64,000 nucleotides of DNA, from positions 20,212,001-20,276,000 of the forward strand of contig NC_083236.1 of NCBI RefSeq assembly GCF_032191835.1, in the 5' to 3' direction. Below are positions 48,870 through 61,625 of the stretch, in pieces. The notes under the pieces are model-generated. The model was given only the letters and a program-made list of their open reading frames with translations, was not told the origin of the DNA and made no database searches. Numbering within the stretch: the stretch's first letter is position 1; each line of letters opens with the position of its first letter. This DNA comes from Heteronotia binoei. Its lineage: Eukaryota. Position numbers and translations under genes: made by a program.

Positions 48870-49550
48870 AGAAGCACATGTTAACAAACAATTAGGCAAG
48901 TGAAAAGAGGATTTGAGGGACTAATTGTTAAAAACATCAAGATAAACAATAATAATTTCTTTAAATATTATCAGGAGCAGGAAACTAGCTAAGGAAGCTG
49001 TTTGATCTCTGGATGATAAAAGAATAAAAGGGCTGCTTAAGGAAGATGAGGAGATGACAGAGAAACTGAATTCTCTGCATCTGTGTTCACAGTAGAAAGT
49101 GTCTGGCATGTAACCACAACAGAGGCACTATTTTTCAGGAAGGGAATCTGAAGAACTGAGTCATATTGAACAAGAGGTTAACTTCTAGGACTATTGGGCA
49201 AATTAAAAAACAGTAAGTCTTCAGGTCTAGATGGCATACACCTGATGGGTCTTAAGGAACTCAAATGTGAAATTGTTGATCTCCTAGTCAGTACATGTGA
49301 CTTGTTGCTAAAGTCAGCCTCTGTACCAGAGGAGAGTAGCAATGTTACACCACTATTTAAAAAGCGGTCCCAAGGGGATCCAGAAAATTGCAGGCTAATT
49401 AGCTTAAAGTCTGTCCCAAGTAAATTAGTAGAAACTGTTTTAAAGAGGTGCATAAAGGAGCAAAGTCTACTGACAAGAAAAGGGGAGACCTTCTCACCAA
49501 CATTTGGAGGTCTTTGAGAAAGTAAACAAGCATGTAGATAATGATGATCC
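48870..49550 (+). mobile_element. CR1 LINE internal fragment
   Basis: KSSGLDGIHL..LKELKCEI, NVTPLFKK.S.GDPEN.RLISL.SVPSKLVE. Confidence 0.85.
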
Positions 49551-50590
49551 CCAGGGGGTTTTTTTGTAGAAAAAGCCCAGCAGAAACTCATTTGCATATT
49601 AGGACACCCCCCCCATGCCAAGCCAGCTGGAACTGCATTCCTGTGCATTCTGCAATGCGGGCCAGTGGGGGGGATCCTCCCCCGATGTTGCTGGCATGAT
49701 GACATCACTTGCAGTGAAGTCATTGAGCTGGCAACATCATGCGCTGGCTGCTCTAGCAGCTTCTGGGAAAACTCTATGGTTCTCCCGGACGCTCTAGCAA
49801 TTTGGGAGGGAAAACTCTATGGTACAATAGGCTGTGGGGGACTTGGCAGCCCTAACTGCTGCAAACTTACAAAAATTTAAGTAAAAACTTAGATTCAGTA
49901 TGAAATAGAACATCAGTACCCTATAGACAGCAGCATTAGGCTGCCCATAGATAATATTTGTACCCATTATAAAGGAGTAAAACATTACAATATTACAAGA
50001 AAGGTCCATCCAATGAGCACCCAGATATAGGCTCATTTTGTAAAAAAAAAACTTATTCAAAAGGAGTATTCCTATTTCCTTCAGGGTTATCAGTCTTATT
50101 ACAATTCAGCGTTCATGCTCTCTGTAACATCTTTATTTTCTTCAAAATCTCTCATCCTGGAATAACCCATGGTAATTACAACAAGACACAACAGAAAGCT
50201 GAATGGAAGTGGATAATTCAGGCATCTACATCTTTAGCTTTCTTAAATCTTTCTAAATACATACTGTCCATGTAGGGACAAAGATTCTGCTGGAATTCCA
50301 AAACCAGGGAACCAAAATTTCACCACCTTTGCCACAAGTAAATGAAGCTACTTGTATAAATTATTCTGCATAATTAACTACTTGCGATGTCCTGGTTTTA
50401 CAGTTCAGGATTTTAAAGGATGCATTTGGATGTTTTTAATTCGCTCTTTGCCACAAATACTGTGAGGGGAGGGAATGACCATCAGATAGGATGTTAGCTT
50501 TCTTGAGTAATTATGAAGCCTCTTTTTAAAGAAGATTATCAAAACACCTAATTCTGCTCCAGGTGCCAGAGTTTGCATTTGAGTGATAGG

Positions 50591-50727
50591 TCTGAGAACA
50601 TACAAACTATGCATTACCTCCATAAAATGTGTAAACATTTCCTATAAAACAAATAATAGATCTGAGAATATACAAACTATGCATTACCTCCATAAAATGT
50701 GTAAACATTTCCTATAAAACAAATAAT
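50591..50727. repeat. Tandem duplication, 70-bp unit x2
   Basis: tctgagaa(c/t)atacaaactatgcattacctccataaaatgtgtaaacatttcctataaaacaaataat occurs twice. Confidence 0.93.
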
Positions 50728-50874
50728 TCCAGTGACACATCTGAATACCCAAATAGCAGTGACACACAGTCTTTATGCCTATTAATCAATTTAAGGTATG
50801 AAAAGAAGTGATTGTTTCAAAGAATAATAAAATACTGTTGTAATAGAGATTTGGAAGTCATTATCCAATTTATC

Positions 50875-51149
50875 AGCCAGTTTGGGGTAGTGGTTAAGTG
50901 TGCGGACTCTTATCTGGGAGAACTGGGTTTGATTCCCCACTCCTCCACTTGCACCTGCTGGAATGGCCTTGGGTCAGCCATAGCTCTGGCAGAGGTTGTC
51001 CTGGAAAGGGCAGCTGCTGTGAGAGCCCTCTCCAGCCCTACCCACCTCACAGGGTGTCTGTTGTGGGGGAGGAAGGTAAAGGAGATTGTGAGCCGCTCTG
51101 AGACTCTTTGGAGTGGAGGGCGGGATATAAATCCAATATCTTCTTCTTC
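50875..51149 (+). mobile_element. tRNA-derived SINE with L2-type 3' end, full length
   Basis: Near-identical to 23068-23346. Confidence 0.9.
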
Positions 51150-51358
51150 AATGTCTACCTTGGAGGGCTGTTGGATTACTGAGATAATGTATGTGAAATA
51201 TATTATGCATTTGTAATGTACTAAATAAATTCTGAATTTTATTATTTATTAGAAGTTCCCTCACCTTCTAGCTCTTATGGTTACTTGCGAGATCTGGTAT
51301 ACCCACTGCACATATATTTAAGACTAAAAATTATTTACACTTATTATTGTACATATTT

Positions 51359-51665
51359 AAAAAGGTAAAGGTAGTCTCCTGTGCAAGCACCAAGTCATTA
51401 CCGACCCACGGGGTGACGTCACATCACAACATTTTCATGGCAGACTTTTTACGGAGTGATTTGCCATTGCCTTCTCCAGTCATCTACACTTTGCCCCCAT
51501 CAAGCTGGGTACTCATTTTACCGAACTTGGGAGGATGGAAGGCTGAAAGGCTGAGTCAGCCTTGAGCCAGCAACCTGAACCCAGCTTCTGCCATGATCGA
51601 ATTCAGGTCGTGAGCAGAGCTTGGACTGCAGTACTGCAGCTTACAACTTTGCACCACGGGGCTCT
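51359..51665 (-). mobile_element. Sauria SINE
   Basis: Full-length homologue of the other copies. Confidence 0.9.
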
Positions 51666-52168
51666 TAATGAATGCTTTTTAAAATGGCTTAGAGGGTATC
51701 TCTTTTTGTAAATATAAAAATTAAGTTGAATAACTTATCCCCATTGAATTATTTCTTAGTTTTAAGAGAGAACCTATAAAAATGGGGGAAGGGAAATCCT
51801 ACCATTTGAAAACTGTAACTCTATAGCATTCTCTAAGAGACAGATTAAGTGGTGCTTTCCCAACAATACTCTGAAAGCCCCCTGGTGCTTAACCCACTAC
51901 TGTTTCATAACTGCTATATTTCAGCAGCTTGACAGCAACAACACTATTTAAACTGATGACGCTCTCCTTTGTGCCCATCAAATGTTTCTTCAGAGGTGAG
52001 TTCCAGGGCAGGATTACATTGCAATCCCGGACAGAGTCATACACTTTCCAAACCCATTGGGTTTAGAAGTGTGTCATTCTGCTTAGGATGGCATTGCCAT
52101 TTTACTTGTTATTTATTGTCTGAAAAAATGTGCTGATACTTCAATGTTTGCATGAGGTCACTAACAGC

Positions 52169-52342
52169 CAGGGCTTTTTTTTCTGCCAGAGCCCTTGGGA
52201 GCAGAGCTCCACCTGGGCTGGCCGGGGCTCCAGCTGGCCCAACCCACTATGTGGCAGCCACGTGGTCCTTGGCCAGGCAGTGTGGCCTAATACTGAAATG
52301 AGCTCCAGCTGGGCTTTTTCTACACACACAAAAAAAGCACTG
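52169..52342. mobile_element. hAT MITE (CAGGGCTTTTT family)
   Basis: Termini cagggcttttt and aaaaagcactg. Perfect TSD ctaacagc. Confidence 0.88.
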
Positions 52343-53489
52343 CTAACAGCTCTGGTTCAGAACTTTCCAGAGAAAGAGGCACACTAGAGATCTAGTTGTC
52401 ATGGAGGTGGCAAGCCCATGTCAGGGCTGTATCACTGCAGAAGACTGAGTAGGGTTCACAAGATTTAAGGGAGGGCTAGACTGGTCAGGAAAAATCTTGG
52501 AGGGCAGATGCCCGGTGGGGGGGGGCTACTCCCTGTCAGGACCACCCTGACCAAAGTGGGTGGTAGCTGCTGCTGCAAGGCAAATGCAAGCCGCTGCCCC
52601 CAAGCCAGTAGCCCTTGCCTTCAGCAAGGCAGGCAGGAGCCAGCAATGCAAGCCAATGACCTTGTCCCACATGAGCGGGGCAGGAGCAAGCCACGTAGGA
52701 GCTGTGCTGAGCCTGGTCCTTTCTCACAGATAGCAAGGAAGCATGAGAACCATATGAACTGGTTAAAAGAGCAAGGCTCCCAGCTTAGCCCAGGGCTTAA
52801 GCATTCTGGAGGGCGAGAGGCTCCACCTGTTCCTGAGCTTCATCTGGCCAGGCAGGGCTTAATTGAGTAGTCCTGATCTCGTGAAACACACTTAGACAGT
52901 GATCTGGAACAGTAGATGGAACATGGGCTACTAGCCTGGTGCTTCTTTGATGGTGAATTGCTTCCTCATGGACTTGCTGTCTCCGTTGCTCATGCAAGGT
53001 GGGGAGAGAACTCAGGAGACTTGAAGTCTGGCATCTGGCCCTATAAGACAGAGGACTCTGCCTGGGATTTGGGTGTGTTAACGGCATTGCCTGAAGGAAA
53101 GACTTCATGGTTAGGTACTTTGACTGAGGCCTGCTGGGCTTTTTCTGTTAAAAAACCCTTTGTGAAACAATGGTGATGTCAGGAGGTGTGGCTTAATATG
53201 CAAATAAGTTCTTGCTGGGCATTTTCTACAAAAAAAGCCCTGGTATCAACAATTAACAAAAGCCCCATGCCTCATGTCAAATTTTATATATATCCACAAA
53301 ACCTCAGTGTCCAAATAATATCAAACAGCAGCAAAGCAGTGGGAAGGGGCTATAGACAGGGGAGGCTGGAATAATTTAGACATCTGTTGCCTCAGCCAAA
53401 AGCCTGGTGGAACAGATCAATTTTACAGGCCCTGCAGAACTGTAATAAGTCCCACAGGGCCCTGATCTCAAATGGGAGCATGTTCCACC

Positions 53490-53665
53490 AGGTCAGGTTG
53501 GCCTTTCCTCCTTTTTATCCCCACAACAATCCTGTGAGGTAGGTTAGACTGAAAGTGTGTGACTGGTCCAAAATCATCCAGTGAACTTACAAAACAAGAT
53601 GGGGATTCAAACCTGGGTCCCAGACCCTACTCTGAAGCTCTAACCATTACACCACACTAGCTTCC
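53490..53665 (-). mobile_element. MIR-like tRNA SINE
   Basis: cacaacaatcctgtgaggtaggttag...ggggattcaaacctgggt...accattacaccacactag. Confidence 0.7.
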
Positions 53666-55553
53666 ATAAGGTGGCTGCTGTTGAACAATAGCAAGCAGCC
53701 AGGCCTAATTGAGTCATGCAAGTCCAGTGGTATCAAGGCTTTTAAGAGTCTAGGTTTGCCAATGTGGAGATTTCACAGAATTACAACTGAACTCCAGATG
53801 GCAGAGATCTTTGGAGGGTGGACTCTATGACATTATATCCTGCTGTGGCCTCTCTCCACTCCACAAACCCTGCCCTCCTCAGACTCCACTACAAAACCCT
53901 AGTCAGGCCTGACCCCAATGAATCTTCCCTCAAAGTCCAAAATAGGCCTGGAGAGGGCCCTTCTCCCTCACCCTGCATTTTTACTAACAGAACCAAGCAT
54001 GGAATACTGAGGCAATCTGCTGCTTAAAGCTATAGACACTCCTTTTATCATTTGCAGGGTTTTTAACACCCCCTCCCTCAATATATCTTTTTAGATTTCA
54101 CATTTCCCTGCAAATCTGGGACCCTTTTCAGATTGGTAGAAAGATCTGTCTCGCCGATTCACAGCTCCAGGCACCAGATTTAAGTTTCCAAAGACTTGGC
54201 CAACTTGGGTATTAGTATATCGATAGGGGATGGAATAGTATGGATGTTTCCAAAGATGGCACTGCTTGAGGGACACTGAGGCTGAACAAAACTCTGGCAA
54301 AGCCTAGTAAAATGTTGAAACTGTGAGCCTACTCCTGAAACCTGAGCACCTGGCAGATTTTTCTGGGACATGAGAATTATAAGGTCACCAGTATGGCTGA
54401 TGGGAGCAATCCCATGAAAAATGCATGGCTCAGACATAGCAGAACATCTTCTGTAATTAGATTCTGTTGCCAGAATAAATAATTTGGTTTTCTTCTTTGA
54501 TGGACTTCTTTCTTTATAACTTTACAACCTATGGAGGGTCTGTTAAAGGGGTATTGGCAGAAACAACAAGGACTACAATACGAGATGTTTCCAAAAACCC
54601 TCAAACAACAAAAAAAAGCTACATCTGCCATGTTATATTTCTGCCAAATTTAATTAAAAACCATATTCTCGTTTGCAAAAGAAAGGAAACTTCCATTTGG
54701 GGGAATGTGTTAGCAGAACATTCTCTAACTCCTTTTGGAACAAGGGATAATAAGTATCTCTTAAGCTTGTTTTGGGAACTGTAGTGAAAAACATAAAAGA
54801 AGAGACAACCAGAACTCATTCCCGGCTTTAAATGCTCACTGCTTCTCATGTACAGTATAACAATCCTCACAATGGACCAATTTTTGAAGGAGCCCCTTTC
54901 AATAGCAACACAACTTTCATTTTCACAGCAGGATGCCACAGGCAAACTGGAGCCCGAAATATGTATGCCAGTCACATGCAAACAGACTTCAATGTGCTGG
55001 GGAAATCAGCGGCTGGTTTGCAACACTCAGCATCCTACATGGCAGAGCCCTGTCAAATTTAAAGCTACACAAAGTGAAGCCAACGTATTTCCCCTTGTTT
55101 GCTATAACAGTTTGTTGCTGATTGTGTACATTAAAAAAAATGAGAAAGGTTCTCCATAGCTATCAGCAGTTGTTCTGGAAGTGACGGCTTTTAGGCTGGT
55201 GGAAAAGAAAGCCTACAATTATCCTCAGCTGAGGAAAACATTGATGTTGTACGAATTAAATATCCATATTGTTCAGTGGATAGCAACTCATCTTGTACAC
55301 TAAAGATGAAAGAAAATTGGTTTCAAGAATGTTGGAAGGTTGTGGCGGCAGAGGGAGAATATGTATTCCAGCGTGCAGAATCTGGGGATTCTGTTATCCA
55401 TATAAATACTGAGTAACAACACAAGCAATAACTCACCTTAAAAACAGCCAGCGGCACCACACAATGAATAAACAGAACTATGTAATCAACTTAAAATAAT
55501 CAGCAGAAAGTAATCAACTTAAAATAATTAAAAAGGCTGAGAGCAGTCAGGCC

Positions 55554-55744
55554 TAGGGTTGCCAACCTTCAGCTGTTACCTCCAGGCAACAGAGATCAGT
55601 TCACCTGGAGAAAATTGCCCCTTTGGATGGTGAACTCTATGGCATTATACCCCACTAAAGTTCCTCCCCTCCCCAAACCCCAGCCTCCTCAGACTCCACT
55701 CCCAAAATATCCAGGTATTTCTCAACCTGGAGCTGCCAAATTTA
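55554..55744. mobile_element. Short hAT element
   Basis: Left terminus tagggttgcca. Perfect TSD gtcaggcc. Confidence 0.88.
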
Positions 55745-56979
55745 GTCAGGCCAATGACTGAAAAGGCAGGTTTATAAAAATCCACTAAACTCTTGGGAGG
55801 AAAGAAGGGACTTTATTTGATGCCAGGCAAGCGGAGGAGCAGAGAGCATTCCAAAGCTGGTGCCCATCTACCTCACTTCAAAAAGAAGTGGCAACAACAC
55901 AGCAGGGGCCACAGATGGCCAAAAGAGCCCTATGGGTGCAGGTAATTGCTGAAGTACCCTGGCCTGAAGCAATCTGGGCTACTTCCTAGTGGAGTTTTCT
56001 CCCCACTTTAGCTTGTAAACAGGAACACTTTTCTGTGGGTCATCCAAGCTACCTTGTGTTCTAGTCCATTCTCAAATCTCAATACACTATTACCAGGGGG
56101 AGGGGGGCACTTTACGTGGAATGCAGTCCAAATGTTTAGCATACCTTGCGGAAGGAATTGCTGACTAGTCCTGCTGCAAATGCCAGGACACACACACACA
56201 CACACTCACACACACACTTTGGGACCATTTCCCCACTGCCAGACCCTCACAGGTGCCATTTCCCCCATATTTTTATTCCCTGCTGTGCCACTGCAGAAAC
56301 TGCTTTTGTGCTATAATGACCAATCATCACTTTATCAGTTTCCATTTCAAATTTTAGTTCTTCTGAATTCCTAGTTTTTATTTAATAAATTAATATTTTT
56401 AATTTAATAAAGCCCCCGACCCTTTCCATTGTAGCGACAGTTTCTGTCCCAGTTGCCTGAAAAGACCAGACTGGTGATATTTGTATGCTGGTTTTGTGAT
56501 ATAAAGCATGCATGAAAATGGTGTGATAAGTTCCCATGGTGGCCATAACAACCATGTCTCTGACAACGAAGAGTCACTATGGAGCACATGTGGGAGGGAA
56601 AAGCTGAGAAAAAGAATGGAGGAACATAAACAGAAAACTCCCCATGTAGATGTTTCACTACCAACCTGACCTGGCTGGATGGGGCAAGATCAGTAGTGTT
56701 GGGCATTAAGTGCTTAGAACAGATTCTAGGACTAGGATGTCAAACTCACTTATTTCAAGGGCCAGATTTGACACAAATGGGACTTTGTGGGGCTGACCCA
56801 TGCGTGTCATAAAATGTAATGCCAGATAGTAGAGGTATAAACACAATTATAAGTAAACACAATTAAATATACTATTTTTAACTTAAAATATAAACATGCT
56901 TAAAACTCTTGAGATTTTGTTTAAAATGGAAAGGTGGGGGAATACTGGGAATTGGCAATGAAATTTTTAAAATAAAATT

Positions 56980-57400
56980 AGGGACTATCTCTTCCCATAT
57001 GTTCCCCAGAGAGTACTCAGATCAGGGACACAGAACTTGTTATCTATCCCTCGGCTGAGGGAGGCAAGATTGAAGACCACTCGGGAGAGAGTCTTCTCTA
57101 TAGCGGCCCCCTATTGGTGGAACCAACTTCCAGAAGAAGAGCCTTGCGGGACCTTGTCCAGTTCTGCAAGGCTTGCAAGACAGCTTTATTTAAACTTGCT
57201 TGTAATTGATAGCTACATATGAGGATACTCAAGAAGACTGAAGTTATTGGAATTTACCATTAGCACCAAATCATTTTAATATGTTTCAATTGTTACACAG
57301 TTTAAGGTTTTAATTAGTTAATGCTCAATATTCGTAAATGTTTTTATTGCTGAGCCTACTTCGGCGGGGAGGGCAGGATATAAATCAAATCAAATCAATC
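56980..57400 (+). mobile_element. L2 LINE 3' fragment with (AAATC)n tail
   Basis: LSIPRLREARLKTTRERVFSIAAPYWWNQLPEE. Confidence 0.85.
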
Positions 57401-57569
57401 AATAAAAAAATTTAAAAATGAAATGAAAAACCACAAGGATCACAGCAGAAACTAAAAATATAAACTAAAAATATCAAATGCTCTGAGCCTAAGTAGACAT
57501 GAAATGGTTGGGCATTGCAAGCTTCTTCCCTGCTTGGGCCTACTCAGATTGGCAATGGCTCTCCAGTGT

Positions 57570-59320
57570 TCAGTTCAGTTCAGTTTGCATTATTACGGTC
57601 CATGACCAAATACACAGCACAATGCAGGCCAACAACAACCACATAAAGATTGTAAAAATCAAGATGGACCTAAATAGGTAAAACGTAAGATATTTAAAAA
57701 ATAAATGTGAAAATAAAATATAGGACATTAATATGAATAATGAGATATGACAAATAATACAGTAGTGGTCAAACATCTTCTAGTTTAATAAATATAGTAC
57801 ATATAGTAAACGTTTTAAAATTATACAGCTCCAGAAAAAATATTAGCTAGAATACACTGGTTAAAATTACAATCTGTTACCTCGACATTAACTTGTAAGA
57901 ACCATAAAATGCAATTTGATTGCAGGGGAACAAAATTTGGCAACTTTATGCATGGTCTCTGCATTTATATCAGTTTCAGTAGCATTTGTGATGGTATACA
58001 GAGCACTCAGGCATTTAAGAAAAGATAAAATACAAGCTTGGAAATAGTCAAAAAACAGTCATTTCAGGACCCCTTCTTTACATAATCCTCACGAATTCTC
58101 CTAGCTGCTGCCATAAATTTGGCACAATTAATTGTGAATTGGGGGTTAAAATCTGATAACAGTGTATTTCTGATTTTGAAATCAGAAAACCCGAGACATC
58201 CCTCCAACAAAGAATAAATGTACCTGGCTCATATGCCAGGGTATAGGCCACACCCAAACAAAACCTGGTCAATCGTTTCAACTTTATCTGCACCACAAGG
58301 ACAAACCCGCTCAGCCATAGGCACCTTTCTAAAGCGGCCCTCAACGACTGCTGAAGGAAAGATATTGCAACGGGCCATAGAAAAAGCCCTTCTGTGGGAT
58401 GGTATTGTTAGAGTTGAGAGATAGGGGGCTGGAGCTAACACATATCTCCTTTGAGGGGGAGCTAGATAATCCGGGACCTTGGCAATATCATTCTGTCTCT
58501 CAATGTCTTGTAGTCTCTGTTTGACTATGGCCCTGGCTTGATCCAGGGCCATTATCTGGAGAGATTCAGGTGAAAAGCCAAGCGTAGACAATTTCTGATG
58601 GATGGCTCTAACCCAAGAGGAACAATAACTATCCTTTAAAATCAACGATGTGATATTCGTGGGGCTGAGATTGAACCAAGTGGTGATTGAAAGTAGGCTC
58701 ACCCTAGCCTCTATGCTTAGCAAGCCAGTTACCAAGCGTAGTACTGCATTGGAAACGCAGGTTGGAAAGTGGAAAATGGCTCTCAAGAATTTGGACTGAA
58801 TTTTCTCAAGGGGATCAAAACTTGATAAGGATGAACCCAACATAGTTCCATAAGTGAGTTGGGGTATTGTTTTGGCCAAGTAGAGTTTTAATGCAACTGG
58901 TATAAAATGCCCCCCTTTCGTGAGAAAAAAACCTAATGGTGGCCTGGGTCGATTTGCAACCAGAATTGGCAGCATATTCGTGGTGAGCCTTCTTTGACCC
59001 TGAGGACTGAATCATGACCCCCAAATATTTGTAAATTGTTACCTGTTGTAGACTATGGCCATTTATATTCCATCTCCTTAGCCTGGGTTTGGGGCCAAAA
59101 GCCATTACTTTTGTTTTCTGATAATTAATCTCTAAGAGGTTATGATCACAATAAAGACCAAATTGAGCTAATGCCCTTCTAAGGCCTACTGGTGTTCTAG
59201 ACAGCAAGATTGTGTCATCTGCAAAGAGTAAGGCTACCAGGTGCCTATCTGCCAGGGAGGGGGGATGAGTATCGACTAGATGGAGGTTGCTGATCATATC
59301 ATTAATAAAGATGGCAAAAA
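57570..59320 (-). mobile_element. 5'-truncated non-LTR retrotransposon with RT (LLFADD) and C-terminal zinc knuckle; clade uncertain (RTE-X-like)
   Basis: Two overlapping ORFs (59297-58815 and 58975-58229) separated by one frameshift. CPCG..ETIDQVLFGC motif, ~650-nt 3' UTR, (ACTGA)n tail and a 13-bp TSD ggctctccagtgt. Confidence 0.85.
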
Positions 59321-59362
59321 GGCTCTCCAGTGTAATATCCTCCTTTAGCTGTGGGTTCCCAG

Positions 59363-59889
59363 TAGGGCTGCCAGGTCCTATTCAAGAAATATCTGGGGAC
59401 TTTTTTTTTTTTTGCGGGGGGGGGGGGGGAGAACTATCTGGAGACTTTGGAGTGGAGCCAGGAGCAAGGTTGTGACAAGCAAGACTGAACTCTGAAGGGA
59501 GTTCTGGCCATCACATTTAAAGGGACCGCACGCCTTTTAAATGCTTTCCCTCCATTGGAAATAATGGACAGGGGCACCTTCTTTGGGGGTTCATAGAATT
59601 GGACTGCCTTGTCCAATCTTTTTTAAACTTGGGTAGTATTCTAAGGAGAGGCACCAGATGCTATGCTGAAAATTTGGTGCCTCTAACTCAAAAAACAGCC
59701 GCCCCCTTGAGCCCCAGATACCCATGGATCAATTCTCCATTATATTCTATGGGAACTGTTCTCCATAGGGAATAATGGAGGGCCCAGTAGACTCTTCCCT
59801 CCCCCCCTCGCTTTCTAATGACCCTGAAGAGGGTGGAGGGCCTCCAAACTGGGGGATTCCCTTCCTCAGCCTGGGGATTAGCAACCCTA
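59363..59889. mobile_element. Long non-autonomous hAT element
   Basis: Termini tagggctgcca and tagcaacccta. Perfect TSD gttcccag. Confidence 0.9.
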
Positions 59890-60729
59890 GTTCCCAGGTT
59901 AGAGTGCTCACTAGGCCCCAGTTCATTCAGCAGAGCCAAGCTAGCTCAAAGCATCAACCCTTTATTTGCAAGAAGCTTCAACTGGCCATAAATGCTGCAA
60001 AAATCTGCCAAACACTGCCTTAGCTCCACACCACTGAAATACATTGGAGCACAAAGTTGCAAAGAAAATGTGGAATGTATTTTCCATTAAGGTCTCTGCA
60101 CCCATTATGTGTTTTCCTTGCAGCTTTGCAAGCCAGCAAAGACAAGGCAGAAGGAACTGGGAATGTCCTCGGCAGACTGGAGCTTCAAAGGTTAAGGACT
60201 GGAGGGGGAGAGAAAACTGCCCCGTGGGCCTGATTGAAGCCCTGGGTGGGCCAGGTGAGGCTTGCAGGCCAGTAGTTTGACAACCCTGTTCTAGGAAATA
60301 TTTCAAATGTACTGAGTTTGACTTGTAAGCATGCCTTGAACTATGGGGAAAGGTGGGTATAAATGTTTTAATAAACAAATTAGTAAAGTACAAGGATTAG
60401 CTGGGCACCTTAGATTTACTTATTCATTTATTGACTTCATTTATAGTCTGCCTTTCTCAGCGTTGATGGATTATATAATTAATAACAATCCAATACTAAC
60501 AGTATCATACTTTCAACCGATGCTGCCACAGAAGTGGGTAATACACACGATAAACCTGGGTTACCAAACTGGAGAAAAATGCATCAAAAGCACCAAGAAC
60601 AGAGACTGTTGAGTCTGCTGTTTTTCACCTCAGCTCTTCTCTAATCTTCACGCTTAGATGACCCCACTGGCCCTGGCCTCAGATGGGTGTTCTTGGGCCA
60701 AGCTGTCCCTTGCCAGAAGTGAACACACA

Positions 60730-60950
60730 AACACATGAAACTGCCTTATCCTGAAGCACACCCTTGGTCTATCAAAGTCAGTACTGTCTACTCAGACTGT
60801 AGCAGCTCTCCAGGGTCCTAGGCAGAGAGAGGTCTTTCATATTACCTACTACCTGGTCCTTTTTTAACATGGAGATGCTGGGGACTGAACTGGGACTTTC
60901 TGCATACCAAACAGATGCCCCACCAACTGAGCCAGAACCCCTCCCCAAAG
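60730..60950 (-). mobile_element. tRNA-derived SINE (same family as 8390)
   Basis: Colinear homology to 8390-8606. Confidence 0.8.
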
Positions 60951-61066
60951 TGTTCTTTTTAAGAGTAGGTAACCCTATCTGAAGCCTCCATAATGTTATC
61001 ACCCTTGTACCCCCATCTTGGCACCCCTGCTCAGCCTTCTATCTCTGAGTCTTCTATATCAGCCCA

Positions 61067-61625
61067 TTATTTATTTATTTATTTATTTTATTCGATTTAT
61101 ATCCCGCCCTACCCCACCAAGGTGGGCTCAGGGCGGCTTACAACAGTAAAAGCTAACAGAGATCGGTTTAAATATGATTAAAATTATACAATAAAATACA
61201 TAAAAACCTAAAAATACATAAAACTCACATCGATATACACTATGCTACATTTTCCTTAAATCAGTCCTTCAATTTCCAATATTCAGTAATCTGATGTTTG
61301 AGATTTAATATTCGGCATTCTGATCACAATTAATTATATCCCAACCGGAAGAGGGTTGTTTTACAGGCCCTGCGGAACTGTTCCAGGTTCCGCAGGGCCC
61401 TCACCTCCTCTGGGAGCTGATTCCACCAACAGGGAGCTGCAATCGAGAAGGCCCTGTCCCTGGTCGCTTTCAGACGGGCCTCCTTTGGCCCAGGGATTAC
61501 AAGGAGGTCCTGAGACCCCGACCTCAGCACTCTCTGGGGAACATGTGGGGAGAGACGGTCCCTAAGGTAGGCAGGTCCCAGACCATAAAGGGCTTTAAAG
61601 GTCATAACCAGCACCTTGTACCGAA
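61067..61625 (-). mobile_element. L2 LINE 3' fragment with (TAAA)n tail
   Basis: YKVLVMTFKALYGLGPAYLRDRLSP...RAFSIAAPCWWNQLPEEVR. Confidence 0.9.

Noticed and set aside
55770-55900. LTR-like segment with minus-strand AATAAA
   Set aside because: No TG...CA termini, TSD or second copy visible.
6968-59897. Target preference among 13 hAT TSDs (T at position 2 in 6, A at position 7 in 4)
   Set aside because: Loosely consistent with the known nTnnnnAn preference of Ac-type hATs, but the sample is too small and mixes families.
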